This document shows positions 22,291-35,939 of a stretch of DNA of 64,000 bases, piece by piece. Below the pieces are notes generated by a model, which made no database searches, was not told the origin of the DNA, and saw nothing but the letters and a program-made list of their open reading frames with translations. The translations under genes were made by a program, and so were the position numbers. Position 1 is the first letter of the stretch. Each line of letters starts with the position of its first letter. The stretch comes from Felis catus (taxonomy: Eukaryota). Location of the stretch: positions 50,283,815-50,347,814 of the forward strand of contig NC_058368.1 in the NCBI RefSeq assembly GCF_018350175.1, in the 5' to 3' direction.

Positions 22291-22984
22291 TTTATTTTGG
22301 TAATACATTTTATTTCCTTAAATTTAGTTTTCAAGGTGACCTTCTTCAATATGAGCTATAGGGAGATACTTATCACTCAAATAGATTTTTGGTGGTACAG
22401 GTTATCACTAGTGCACAGCAATGTGCAAACTGTTTGAAGATAACAGAGATACTTGTAATCTAAAAGAAAAAAAATTCACCCAAGTTTGCTTATTTCATAA
22501 TTAGAAGTAGACACTTTGGTATAACTTTACCATTTTCCTAGTATCAGCTCAAACATCAATATTTCTGTGAAGTCTCAGAGCAACATGCTAAATTAAAGTA
22601 AGAGGGGAAGTCCATTCCATCACACAAAGTTTTGATTTCAGTTGTGGTATTAACGAATCAAAAAGACTCAAATGCTCCGTGCAGCTGTCCTGTTGAACAG
22701 AACTTAGCTTGTTCAGAGGATTTCAAAATAGTGGATATTAATCCATATTATGTCTGTGTGTCTATATCTCTATATATAATGTGGTACCTTCCTATAAGTT
22801 ATTTGCACAATTTATAACCTCCAAGACTGATTTTTTTCCAACTTCATATTTAGTGGTAATTTTTCAAATCCGAAGGATACACAAGCAGTTCTTTAAAATT
22901 CCATCAGAAAATTAAAGTAAGAACACCTTGACATTTATACCTATTAGTATAGCAAAAGTTAAATAATGACAATGAATGAAAGTA

Positions 22985-23560
22985 ATCCATTCATTCAATG
23001 CATATTAATTGAGTCTCTTTATATGCTAGATGTTGGGAAAACAGTTGCAATTAAAACAGACAAATCTCTGTCTTCACAAACTCATATTCCAGTGGAAGAA
23101 AGATGGACAATTAACAAAATAAGTATGTTGTATAGTATTGGAAAATGGCAAATGAGGTGGAGCAGAGAAAGCAGGAAAGGTGGGTAGGAAGTGTTAGGGT
23201 CTGGTTAGATCAATTTCATTAGGATGGCCAGGGAAGGTGTTATTGAAAAATAGACAATTAGGTAAAGACTTTAAAGGACGGGAGGGGAGAATCTGGGGGG
23301 ACCATCAGCCTGCAGACCTCAAGGCATGAATGCATTCCGAAGAGCAGCACAGAGGTCAGGATGGCTCAAGTGGAATGAATTAGAGGGTGTTTTAAGAGAT
23401 GAGGATGGAAAGGTAATGAGGTGGGGTGTAGGGACAAACAGTGAGAAGCAGGCTGGGAGTAGAGTGTCTGAAGCTAACATTAGGGATGTAGCCTTTATTT
23501 TATTTGCAGAGGCAAGCACGGGAGGCTGTTGATCAGATGTGAGATGTGATGAAGATCTTG
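22985..23560 (-). mobile_element. L2 3' portion
   Basis: cattcattcaatgcatattaattgagt...acagacaaatctctgtcttcacaaactcatattccagtgg. Confidence 0.7.
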
Positions 23561-24159
23561 TCATTGCCAACTAACTATATAACCTTCCGCAAACTCAGTT
23601 TCATGCAGCCGACTCTGTCATTACCACCTCTTATCTTTTCATTTTACTTTCTCTAGAAACCCAGCTTCAGTGATTCTTTGATCCTGCCAGAACCTCCAGT
23701 CCGTTGATAACAGCTCCTTTCTCTTCTCCTTTATCCCTTGATATCTTCTCCCTACTTCTCAGCCTGGTGAAATTCTATGGTCAGGCAGTCATTATGATCA
23801 TGCCATTGACTGCACCCATAATTCCCTTGCTCTTCTTTCTTTATTTTGTAGTTGTTTGGTAAAATCATAACCCTGGTTAAATTTGGCTCCCCATATTTTA
23901 CACGTCAACTGGTGCAGCTAAATGAGGCAGGAGGGAAATCACATCTCCAGGACTGGTCTTACTTTGAATTCAAGACCATAAACCTCAGATACACTCTGAG
24001 TGTCTCCAAGAAATCATGCCAGGCTTTACATCCCCATTCATACTCCCACCCTACAAGATTATTGATCACTTCCTTGTCCTGCCTGAAACCTGCAACACAT
24101 TCTCTTCATCTTTCCCATCTTGCTTCCTGTCTTACTAAAATAATTAGAAAATCAGAAGA

Positions 24160-24375
24160 GGGGTGCCTGGGTGGCTCAGTTGGTTAAGCCTCCAACTCTT
24201 GATTTCAGCTTAGGTCATGATCCCACATTTCGTAGGTTTGAGTCTCACATCAGGCTCTGCGCTGATAGTGCAGAGCCTGCTTGGGATTCTCTTGCTCCCT
24301 CTCTCTCTGCCTCTGCCTTGCTCACTCTTCCTCTCTCTTTCTCTCAAAAGTAAATAAATAAACAACAACAAGAAA
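24160..24375 (+). mobile_element. Can-SINE
   Basis: TSD agaa(a/c)atcagaaga at 24146-24159 and 24376-24389. Confidence 0.95.
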
Positions 24376-24915
24376 AGAACATCAGAAGAAACCTTCCACA
24401 GAGTTTCACACCTATCTACCCATCATCAGTATCTGCCTGATACCTTGTGCTTTCTTGCCCACAACAAGAAATAAACTTTAATGCTACTGTCCAAAGCTTA
24501 TTTCTCTACCTTGGGCACTGGATCCCATTTTTCACTGTTTACTTAAGCACATCACTCCTTTCATCCCACAGTATCAATTCTTTTACTCCCTTCTGGAACA
24601 CACTCATTAATATGTGGGTGTTCCTTTCATTAAAACAACAATAACAAAAATTAAAAAAGAACAGTGAAAACATCTCCTTCAACCCTAGTTCCCTCACCAA
24701 TCCATTCTTTGCTTTGCATTAGAGCAAAATTCTGCAAAAATGTCTCTGCTTATTGATTGTATTCTCTTTTAATTCTCTCTTACATTTATCTCCATCAGGG
24801 TTTCATCTTGACCATAACCACTAAAATTGTTGTTGTCAAGGTCTCAAGGTCACCTTTCCAAATCCCCTGCTCAATTCTTAGTCTTACATTACTTGATCTA
24901 TCAACAGTATTTGTT

Positions 24916-25135
24916 TTTTTATTTATTTTATTTTTTTTAACGTTTATTTATTTTTGAGAGAGGGAGAGAGAGAGTGGGGGAGGGACAGAGAGAGAGGGAG
25001 ACACAGAATATGAAGTAGGCTTTAGTTTTTGAGCTGTCAGCACAGAGCCTGATGTGGGGCTCAAACCCACAAACCGTGAGATCATGACCCGAGCCGAAGT
25101 TGGACGCTTAACTGACTGAGCCACCCAGGCATGCC
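24916..25135 (-). mobile_element. Can-SINE
   Basis: TSD tatc(a/g)acagtatttgtt at 24899-24915 and 25136-25152. Confidence 0.95.
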
Positions 25136-26349
25136 TATCGACAGTATTTGTTAACAGTCAGTCCCTCACTCCTTTTCTTCACTGGCTTCCAGGACGCCAG
25201 ACTCACCTGGTTTTCTTTTCACCATGGTTGTGGCTCCTCCTCAGACTCCTTTGCTGACTCCTTCACTGTTCCCTGCATCCTAATAATGGGGTGCCCGGAA
25301 GCTTAGCTCTTGTTTCTTTGTTTTGTTGACACTCATTTTCTTGGATCTTACCTAGTCTCATGGTTCTAAATACTCATATATCAACAACTCCCAAATTTAT
25401 ATCTCCAACAAAGACCATTCTCTTACACCTCACTTCCATTCATTAGAGTATTACTGTCTCTGTATCTTGAAAATATATTCAGTATACTTAGAATCTGATC
25501 ACTTACCATTAATTCTGTTACTGTCACCCTGATGTATAGTCACCATTATTTCCTACTGAATTATCACAGTGGCCTCATAATTGGTCTTTCAGATTCAGAC
25601 CTCCTATACACTTTGTCAGCATAGTGGACAGCAGACAAAATGAGAATAGACTCTATGAGGTACTAGTGTGAAAGCAGGAAAGCTGAAGAGAAGTTAGCAG
25701 TAGAGGTGGTGAGAAGTAGTCAGATTCTGAATACATGTTGAAGGTTGATCCAATAGGATTTGTTGATTAGAGAGTCAGAATGCCTTCGAGGTTTTTGCCT
25801 TGAGCAATTGAGTGCATGGAGTTTGGTGAAAGAAGGGGGCTTCTACACTACAAATAACTCTAAAAATTTTCATTTTTTGAAAAGCCATATGGCAACTTGT
25901 AAGCCTTTTATATTCATACTTTTTGAACCACTGGTCCTATCTTGATTTTTTCAATAAAAGGAAAAGGCTCTGCGTATAAAAATGGTTATTATAATATCAT
26001 TTACAGTGGTACAAAAATAACATGGAAAATATGTATAATATAACATTAAGTGAAAACATGATATGATATGTTCACTAATAGAATACTATATAATATTAAT
26101 GGAAGTGGATAAATCAAAATCAGAATTTCCAGTAATAAATCAGTTAATTATGCTAGACCAGTGAGAAAATGAGGTATTCGTTTTAAGTTCAAATATTCTT
26201 ACTGTTTTCTGTTTGCCTTTTTGTTTCTTATTTGGCAGATTCATAACTAAGACCAAAGTTGGCTGTTTTAGTCTTTATGACGTGTGTGTTTGCATTCTGT
26301 ATATTCATAATGGTTGAAGCCAGTAACCTAGGATTTTGCTTTGTCACAG

Positions 26350-26720
26350 TTTACCTGTAATCCATCAGCAAATCCTGTTGCCTCTCCCTTGTAAAAAAAA
26401 CATTACTAAAATAATTTCTCATCACCTTCACTGTTGCTACTGGCCGAGTCACTATCGTCTCTTGCTTGAATTACCATGGTACCTTTTAAATTCATCTCCC
26501 TGCTTCTGACTCTCTGTAGTCTATTCTCTATACAATGGTACTTTAAAAATAATATCAAATCACATCACTCCTCTGCTCAAAACCCTACAATAGCTTTCAT
26601 CTTACTGAGAGTAAAAGCCAGAATCTCTACAGTAGTTCGTAAGACCCTACATGATGCAGTCTCCGAAGATTGAACTCCTACTCTCTCCTTTTTCTTATTT
26701 GTCCCTGGCACACTGGCGTT
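26350..26720 (+). mobile_element. L2 fragment
   Basis: aatccatcagcaaatcctgttg...cacatcactcctctgctcaaaaccct. Confidence 0.7.
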
Positions 26721-27570
26721 CAGACTATTATTTGTTTATTTTTTATTTATTTTTTACCTTTTGACCCTCTTCATCCATTCCCCTGCCCTTACCTACTGCC
26801 TCTGGGAATCACAAATCTGTTTCTTATATCTATGAGCTTATTTTTTTTCTTATTTTTTGTTTTAAATCTTCTACATATAAGAGGAATTATATGGAATTTG
26901 TCTTTCTCTTTTTTTTTTCCACTTAGCTTTATGCCCTTGAGGTCCATCCACATTGTCACAAATGGCAACATTTTATTCTTTTTTGTGGCTGTACTAGTCC
27001 CTTCTCTACATACATACATCATATTCTTTAACCATTCATCCATTGATGGACACTTACTAGTCAGTCTCCTTACTAGTATGGTTCTGTTCAGGTTTTCTAT
27101 TTCAACATGACTCAATCTTGGTAGGTTGTTTATTTCTAGGAATTTATCCATTTCAATGGGTTGTTCAGTTTGTTGGCATATCATTATAATCTTTATGATC
27201 CTTTGCATTTCTGTGGTATCAGTTGTCACATCTTCTTCATTTCCAATTTTATTTATTTGAATCCTCTCTCATCTCCCCCCACCTCCTTGGTGAATTATGT
27301 CAGTTTCATTTATCTTTCCAAAGAACCAGCTCTTAGTATCATTGATCTTCTTATTGTCTTTTTAGTCTCTATTTTATTTATTTCTGCTCTAGTCTTTGTT
27401 ATGATTTCAGTACTTTTAAATTTATTATGACTTGTTTGTGGCCTATGATTTTTCCTGGAATTTTCCATGTGCACCCGGGAAGAATGTATATTCTGCTACT
27501 TTTAGATGGACTTTTCTGTGTATATCTAATAAGTCCATCTGGTCTAATGTGTTATTGAAGGCTTATTTTT

Positions 27571-28453
27571 ATTTTTTATATTTTATTTTTATTATATATA
27601 TTGCATATGTATACATATATACGTATAAATATTTATATCTAAAATTCTCAGTAGTTAACATACAGTGGAGTTTTGGCTTCAGGAGTAGAATCCAGTGATT
27701 CATCACTTACATATAACACCCAGTGCTCATCAACAAGTGTCCTCCTAATGTCCATCACACATTTTCCCCGCTCCTTACCCCCATCAACCCTCAGTTTGTT
27801 CTCTGTATTTAAAAATCTCTTATGGTATGCCTCCCTCTCTGATATCTTATTTTTCCTTCCCTTCCCCTATAATCATCTCTTAAGTTTCTCAAATTCCACA
27901 TATGAGTGAAATCATGTGATATCTGTCTTTCTCTGAATGACTTATTTTGCTTAGCACAATACCCTCCAATTCCATCCACGTTGTTGCAAATGGCAACTTT
28001 TCATTCTTTTTCATCACCAAGTAATATTCCATCATATCTACATACCACATCTTCTTAATCCATTTGTCTCAGTTGGTGAATATTTGGGCTCTTCCCACAA
28101 TGTGGCTATTGTTATTGGTGCTGCTATAAACATTGGGGTACATGTGCCCCTTCAAATCAACATTTTTGTATCCTTTGGATAAATTCCTACTAGTGTAATT
28201 GCTGGGTTGTAGGGTAGTTTTATTTTTAATTTTTTGAGGAACTTCCACACTGTTTTCCAGAGTGGCTGCACAAGTTTGCATTTCCACCAACAGTGCAAGA
28301 GGGTTCCCCTTTCTCCACATCCTTGCCAACATCTGTTATTTCCTGAGTAGTTAATTTTAGCCACTCTGATGGTGTAAGGTGGTATCTTATCGTGGTTTTG
28401 ATTTGTATTTCCCTGATAGAGTGACGTTGAGCAGCTTTTCATATGTCTGTTTG
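27571..28453 (-). mobile_element. 5'-truncated younger L1 nested in the L1 above
   Basis: ORF2 C-terminus [26 protein letters not shown]; 14-bp TSD gaaggcttattttt at 27557-27570 and 28454-28467. Confidence 0.92.
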
Positions 28454-29630
28454 GAAGGCTTATTTTTAAAATTGGATGACTAATCCATTGGTGTAAGTGG
28501 GATATTAAAATTCCCTAATATTGTATTGCTATCTGTTTCTCCCTTTAGGTCTGTTAACAATTGCTTTATGTATATATAGGTGGTTCTATAATGGGCACAA
28601 AAATATTTACAAATGTTATATTCTCTTGTTGGATTGATCCCTTTATCATTATATAACACCTTTTTTGGTCTCTTATTGGAGTCTATGTTTTAAGATTTAT
28701 TTTTTCTAAGTATAACTATTCTAATCTTCTTTTAATTTCCATTTGTTAGCATATTTTTTTTGTCATTTCACTTTAAGCCTGTGTATGTCCCTATATCTAA
28801 GGTGAGTCTATAATAGGCAGCATATAGATGGATTCTTTTTTTAAAAAAAAATCCATTCAGCCACTCTATATCTCCTGATTGGATAACTTAGTTCATTTAT
28901 ATTTAAAGTAATTATCAATAGGCAGTACTTATTGCCATTTTGTTAGTTGTTTACTGGCTGTTTTTATAGTTCCTCTCTATTCCTTTCTTTACTTGGTTCC
29001 TTCCTTTGTGTTTTAATCACTTTCTTTGGTGGTATACTTACACTCCTTTCTCTTTATCTTTTGTGTATTTGCTATAAATTTTTGCATTGTGGTTATCATG
29101 AGCTTTAGCTTTTGCTTGTTTCCATCTCTCCTTCAATTCTTTTTTTTTCCTCCTTCAATTATGAATGACAACTTTACCAGATAGAGTATTCTTGGTTGGC
29201 ATTTTTTTTCCTTTAGCACTTTGTGTATATATTTGTACCATTTCTTTCTGGCTGGCAAAGTTTCTGCCAAAAAATTTGCTGATAGTGTTATGGGGATTCA
29301 CCTGTACATAACAAGTTGTTTTCCACTTGCTGCTTTTAACATTCTTTCTTCATCTTTAACTTTTGACATTTTAATTATAATGTCTCTTGGACTCATTTTG
29401 TTTGCAACTCTCTTGGCTTCCTGGATCTAGATGTTGTTTCTTTTTCAACTGTTCTGCTAATGAACCCCTCTAGTGTGTTTTTCAGTTCAGTGTTGTATTC
29501 TTTAGCTCTGTTACTTGTATTTGGTAATCTATTATATTTTTCATCTGTTTGCTGAAGAGTCTTACTATGTTCATCCATTCTTCTCCCCAGTTCAGTAAGC
29601 ATCTTTATGATTTATTACATTGAACTCTTT

Positions 29631-29864
29631 TTTTTTTTTAAATTTTTTTAAAAGATTTTTTTTAACGTTTTATTTATTTTTGAGACAGGGAGAGACAGAG
29701 CATGAACAGGGGAGGGTCAGAGAGAGGGAGACACAGAATCTGAAACAGGCTCCAGGCTCTGAGCCATCAGCCCAGAGCCCGACGCGGGGCTCGAACTCAC
29801 GGACCGCGAGATCGTGACCTGGCTGAAGTCGGACGCTTAACCGACTGCGCCACCCAGGCGCCCC
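29631..29864 (-). mobile_element. Young SINEC_Fc
   Basis: Perfect TSD tacattgaactcttt at 29616-29630 and 29865-29879; CpG-rich. Confidence 0.97.
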
Positions 29865-31837
29865 TACATTGAACTCTTTATCAGCTAAACTACTTCTCTT
29901 TCATTGAAGTTTTTTTTTTTTTCTGAAGTTTTATTGTTTCATTTGGGACATATTCCTCAGTTTCTTCATTTTGCTTGGATCTTTGTGTTGGTGCCTATAT
30001 AGTAGATGAAACAACTACTTTTCCAAGTTCTTGAAGGAGGTGAATCTTGTTGTTGAACCCTGCCCCAGCTCTTTGTCATCTCCCAAACCATTGTGCTCAT
30101 CCAAGTAGTCTATCATATTTTTTAAAATCTCCCAGTTTGTGAAGATGTGCCAGGCCCTGTTGGTGTCCCAGAAAGGAGGATCTCAGCACCTAGCCCTGTT
30201 GGCCAGAGGTTCTGGTGTTGTCCCTCAGGCTGTAGTCACAAAAATTGGAGCTCTAGATGAGTATATAGACTTTTTTCTGGGAGATACAAGCTGGAGCAAG
30301 GTAGAGAGAGAGTGCCAAAATGGTGTCCACAGCCTATGTTCTTTGAGAGTAGCCTTATAGTCTACCAGATGTGTGTCAAACCTAAAGCCAGCCTTCAGGC
30401 TGAAGCAGCAGAACTGGAAAAGAGACCTCCTTCACAGAAATACTGGAGTGTGTGTCTCCTTCTGCTGTCTGCACAGGGCCCTGGGTTGAGGGGGGCAGTC
30501 TGCCAAAAACTGTCTCTCTAATTGCCATAGTCCTGTGGTACCCAAGAATATAAGGCTGCCTAGTTACCGGAGCCAAGTGATCAAGGGGCATCCCCTGGGC
30601 AGCAGCTGCCAAAACAGGGGCATCAGATATAAAAACCAAGGCACCAGCCGTGATGTAAATCTCACGCAGACACTGGTGTTCTGGGGTGTGGCAGAGAGAG
30701 AGGAAAAAGATAGTGCCCTCCCTCCAAAGTCTCTCTAAGGATTATAGTCAGCTCCTAGATGTGTGTTGAATTCGAAAATGTGCCACTGCCATGGTGATTA
30801 ACTAGTAGGTCTCCTTTACAGAAAGACTAAGCTCCCAAGTATATTGCCTCTTATTGTGCTCTGGCTGTGGTAGCTATTTAAGAGCTCTTTCTCCATCGCT
30901 TACAGTCCTTTGGGCCCGGTGAGCAAAAACCCCACTGGCCACCAGAGTCAAGCTACATAGAGGTATTCCCTCACAGCAGTCACAAAAACTGGGGCACCAG
31001 ACAGGGGTATGAGCTCCTTTCTCTGTGATACCAATTATTATAGCCACATGGGACCAGGAATTCAAGCTCCTTGGCCTCCAGAGCTAGGTAGTCAAGAGAT
31101 GTTCCTTGGGTGGCAGCCACAAAAACTGGGGGATAAGATGCATGTAAATGCTCCTTTCCTGTAGACAGTGGTGCTCTGAAGAACAGCAAAGGAGGAGTGT
31201 GAAGATGTTGCCCACCAGTCTCCATCCCTGGAGAGTGTTCCAGGAGGCTCTCAGATGTGTGTGTTAAATTAGATGCCTGACTCTCGGGCTGACACTTTAA
31301 TATAACCAGGTGAGTCTCCGTCACTTTAGGTCTGGACCCCTTTGGCTTCCCTGGATCTTGGTCTGGGTCAAGTGAATCTGAGTACCGGGCCCTGTAAGAG
31401 CAGTCCTCTGGGTCTTTACAATCTTGTGGGTCTCCTTGGTTTTTATAGTTAGATGTTTTGGAGGCTTGTGTCTCAGGTGCAGGTCCTACAAGTCTTGGTT
31501 CTTGTTGTGCCCTTCACTCCTTGGGGAGGAGTTCCAGGTGCTAAGTCTTCTGGTTGTGGATTGCTACACTGGGGGTAAGGTTTATAGTGAGATTGTATCC
31601 CAAACGATCCATGTGCTTTTCTTCTCATTTTCTGATGTGTAGTCACCACCCAGCCGGCCTGTAGGTTGTTGTCAGAGGAAATTATTCCACGTGTCGCTGT
31701 GAACTCGGTGTGCCCATGGGAGGAGGTGAGTTCAAGAACTTCTGCACTTCCATCCTGATCTGGAACTCTTGTTTTGAAATATTTTTATATTTATAAAAGG
31801 GAAATATGATAAAAAATGTAATTTAGTGTCCTCTTTT

Positions 31838-32052
31838 TTAAAACAATTTTTGAACATTTATTCATTTTTGACAGACAGGGAGAGAGCGTGCAAGCAGGGG
31901 TAGGGCAAAGAAAGAGGGAGACAGAATCTGAAGCAGGTTCCAGGCTCTGAGCTGGCAACACAGAGCCCAATGCGAGCTCGAACCCACAAACCACGAGATC
32001 ATGACCTGAGCCGAACTTGGAAACTTAACGGACTGAGCCATCCAGGTGCCCC
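31838..32052 (-). mobile_element. Can-SINE
   Basis: SINE body; agtgtc..ctcttt on both flanks. Confidence 0.93.
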
Positions 32053-32171
32053 AGTGTCATCTCTTTAATATATACAATAGCTGTATCCTTTTATACATTT
32101 TTTTTCTGGAAGGCATTTACTTTTATCAAGTGGTGAAATCAATTCGTTATCTAAGTTCACAAAGGGTTTTT

Positions 32172-32371
32172 AATGTTTATTTTTGAGAGAGAGAGAGAGC
32201 AGGGAGGGGCAGAGAGAGAGAAGGAGACACAATTCGAGGCAGGCTCCAGGCTCTAGGCTCTGAGCTATCAGCACAGAGCAGGACCCAGGGCTTGATCCCA
32301 TGAACCATGAGATCATGACCTGAGCTGAAATCAGGAGTCAGACACAACCAACTGAGCCACCCAGACACCCC
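32172..32371 (-). mobile_element. Can-SINE
   Basis: SINE body ending actgagccacccagacacccc. Confidence 0.92.
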
Positions 32372-32479
32372 GAGTTTACAAATATTTTTAATGGCTATTT
32401 ATAAATAAGCTCTCAAAGACTTCTACCCTAAGAGTTCTGTTTTACTGCAACAACCTTGTACTAGAATGCAAAATCAAGG

Positions 32480-32680
32480 GATTTGATTTCAAGGCCCAGC
32501 TCTGTCAGTTTTTCACTGTGTGATTATGAATGAGGTAGGTAACTTGAATCAGGATTTGTGTTTGCAAAATGGGGATATCAATCTCTTTTCTTTATCCTTG
32601 ATGGAGCAGTTGTGAAGATCAAAAGAAATAATGTATCTGAAAATGCCTGGAAAACTATAAATCGCTACAGAATGTGAGTG
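32480..32680 (+). mobile_element. MIR fragment
   Basis: cccagctctgtca...ctgtgtgat...gcaaaatggggata...gttgtgaagatcaaa. Confidence 0.6.
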
Positions 32681-34019
32681 GTAATTTAGGTTGAGATCGC
32701 TTGTGCTTCATCCTGAATATTTTATCCTTAGGTCTTAATTATCATCTTCTCCCAAAAGTAATGCTTCCCTTTGAATGCAAGTCAATTATTTTTAAGAGAC
32801 TAAGTACTAATGGAAACATATCTTTTCAAAGTAAGAGCAAAACCATAGGATGTTAATAAATTATGTGATTATTTCACAAAGAGAAGTAAAAAAATAGAAA
32901 TAGGCATAATTTGTTGGATGATCTTATGCATTCTAAGTGTGCTCTTAACCTAAAAAAAAAAAACACTAGCAAAAGTTACACAAAATTTTAAGCACTTGAC
33001 AAAAGGAAGTAGCAGACTACTCAGTCATCTTATCTGTTGTTTGAATAGGTCTTTCTGAGCAGGTGAAATATGAAATTAGTTTATTAACAAAAGATTAAAA
33101 TTTCCATCTGGCCAAAAGTCTATGGGAAGGTGTCACATACACAGAATCTCAGCGTGCAGACTGGTGTCTTATCATAAATCACCAGCACTTTCTTGAGGAG
33201 GAAGATTCACAAAGACAGTAATTCAGGTAGAACTGAAGAATGAGAAAAATATCAGTTTTAAAATATAAAAAGTTGAAATCATGGTCCTTTAAGAGAAAGA
33301 TTTATGCAGCACGTGTTCAACAATCACAAACAAAAGGCAAATGAAAGGGTTTATTGGTCTGCAACAAATCTTTGCATTCTCTCCAAAGCTGCATATATGT
33401 TATGGGTGATACAATTCATCAGGATAAAAATAGGATGCATTGTAAAATGAGAGAAGCCAATTATTATTTTTGAAAGGACAACAAAAATTTGCCCAAAGTT
33501 TATAGCTACTGCTGCAAAGCTATACAATAAAAGCAATGTGATTATACAGTAGTTTAGCTAAAAGTAAATCATCTGATGCCAGAGTAAATGGACAGAAATA
33601 AACTACAAAGTATATTTTGCTCATGAAAATGGGGATCAGTTTTGGCCTCGATCCAAGCTGAACTACATATAAAAAAAAGGGGGGTAAGGCATGCTTTAAG
33701 AAGTTTCCTTCACTCCAGACTGCAGCCTTATTCCTTCCTAACTATATGCATCCAACTTACTCTGTGGTGAGTAGAAGCGGGCTGTGTCTGCCAAGAAAGT
33801 AGGTGACTTAACCATTTTGAATCTCAGTTCTGTCATCTATAAAATGAGAAAGTAAAAGATCTCTAAATTCCTTTCCAACTCTTTAAAAAAGAATACTTCA
33901 TGTTTCCAGTTTTAATGTCATCCAACCTTAAACGCCAATTTTAGGAGGGTGGGCTTCAAGTATTTTTGCTGCAAACTACTAACAAAATTGATTGTTCTCT
34001 AGGACTACTTGACATTTTA

Positions 34020-35060
34020 GTTTTCTTTATTTTCCCTTGTATTGGATTCTCTGTGTCCTTTACTCCACATTCTCTTCTGTTGTTCTTTTCCTTGGCCTAG
34101 TCCCTCATTTTGTTGGAACATAATCTCCAGGATGCCCTGATGAACAAAAAAATGCAGGGGAGGTGACAATTGAATTCCTGCATGTATGAAAATGACTCTT
34201 TGTGTCCTCACTCTTACCTAATCGACGGGTTTCAGAGTTCTGGGTTGAAATGCATTGGTCTCTCAGAATTTTGAAAGCAATGCTTCTATCGTCCTTTAGG
34301 GCCTATGGTGCTACTGATAACGCCAAGTGCCATTCTGATCGTTGTGTCTTTGTGTATGAGCATTTTTCTCTCTGAAAGTTTTTGAGATCTTCTCCTTATT
34401 TACAGAGTTCTGAAAAATGTGCTGTGGGGTGTTTTTAAACATTTATTGATTTATTTTTTTAATTGTACCTGTTGAACTGGATGTTCATTCTCTTCCGTTC
34501 TTTTTATTTTATTTTGAACTTTACAACTTTTATCCCCTGTTCTCCCTAATCTCTCTTTCTGGAATACCTATCAATTAGATGATTGATTTTCTAATTTTCT
34601 TATATTTTGTCTCCCATTTTCCTTCTCTGTTTGTTTTACTTTATGAGATGTTATCCTCAACTCTTCTAATCATGGTATTAAATTTTTTATTTTTGTCATC
34701 AAATTGCTCATATCCAAGAGTTCTATTTTGTTCCATGAAAGTTCTCTCTTGGACTATCCTGTCCTTTTTGTCTTTCTGGAGACCATAATTTAATTTTTTG
34801 TTTTACTGGGATTTTTCTTTGACTTTTCCTTTTCTTTTGAGTTCCTTATTGCTATTAGTTTGTCTTGGTCCTTCTCATTTATACTGGAGACTTTCCTAAA
34901 ATGTCCAGTAAACCTTGGATGTCAACTCATATTTAAGATAGAGGCCTTAAAAACCAGTTGGAAGCTATTCATTTATTGGTAGGACTTATTGAGAGTTGTT
35001 TTGTGGTTGCTTCAAACCTGAATATTCCCGTGAGGAACCCACAATTGTTAGTACATTTGA
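34020..35060 (-). mobile_element. Very old L1 (L1ME-like) ORF1-region fragment
   Basis: tctcagaattttgaaagcaatgcttc, gccattctgatc, ctggaatacctatcaattagat; T-rich on +. Confidence 0.55.
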
Positions 35061-35104
35061 GGACCCTCTCTTGACCAGTGATCAGCTCCCTCTCTTTGAC
35101 TTCT

Positions 35105-35334
35105 TTTTTTTTTTTTAATTTTTTTTTCAACGTTTTTATTTATTTTTGGGACAGAGAGAGACAGAGCATGAACGGGGGAGGGGCAGAGAGAGAGAGGGAG
35201 ACACAGAATCGGAAACCGGCTCCAGGGTCTGAGCCATCAGCCCAGAGCCTGACGCGGGGCTCGAACTCATGGACCGTGAGATCGTGACCTGGCTGAAGTC
35301 GGACGCTTAACCGACTGCGCCACCCAGGCGCCCC
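35105..35334 (-). mobile_element. Young SINEC_Fc
   Basis: TSD gacttct at 35098-35104 and 35335-35341; near-identical to the copies at 1672 and 29631. Confidence 0.97.
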
Positions 35335-35939
35335 GACTTCTAATTCTCATGGGGTCAGGTACCTGGAGGCAAATGTGGCCACCATTTGTTCCTCAGAAAC
35401 TGAGTCAGAGAAAGGAGCTTAGGTGGCAGGAGGGGGTATCACTGTTTAATTCTGTTTTAAGAATGGCATCTCCCCTTCACATACCTCGATGTGTGTGTCT
35501 TCTGAATCCTTAGCGATGATGCATGGTTTCTGCCTAAGTTAGAGAGCAGCAGGTGGACTGTGTGGGGCTCAAGAGGTCCAACTGCTCTTTATAGATTTCG
35601 GTAAACTCTTCTGTCGTCAGTCTTCTATATCCATCTGCATTTACAATCTTTGGTCTCCAATTCCTAAATCTATCTAATGTTCTATGGCATTAATTTTCCT
35701 GATGATTCATTAGCTTTCCTAAGTTAGATATTTTATGGTTTTCCAAATATCACTGATATCACTTTACTTCTGTCATTTGTTTTGTTCTCTATGTGTTTAT
35801 GTTTACTTTTCCTTTTCCTGTTATTTTAGTTGTATTTATTTTTTGGGGGTAACAGAGTGAATCTGTATATATTTTTTCATATAGAAATATAAATTATGGT
35901 TAGCAAATTCTATATAATAAAACAAACTAACCTTCTATT

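Larger units (their letters stand above)
23580..25620 (+). mobile_element. L2 ORF2 (RT) region interrupted by two SINEs
   Basis: ORF 24757 LHQGF..TTKIVVVKV..SLTLLDLSTVF ~ L2/CR1 RT QSGF..STETALxKV..LLDLSAAF. Confidence 0.75.
26730..31770 (-). mobile_element. Carnivore L1 with 5' UTR, ORF1 remnant, ORF2 with a large internal deletion, and 3' end
   Basis: ORF 26789-27229 joins TTDTTEMQRII..EMDKFLE..ENLNRTI to KCPSMDEW..LPFVTMWMDL; ORF1-like LTELGRRMDEHS (29393-29602); GC-richer 5' region at 30100-31770. Confidence 0.85.
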
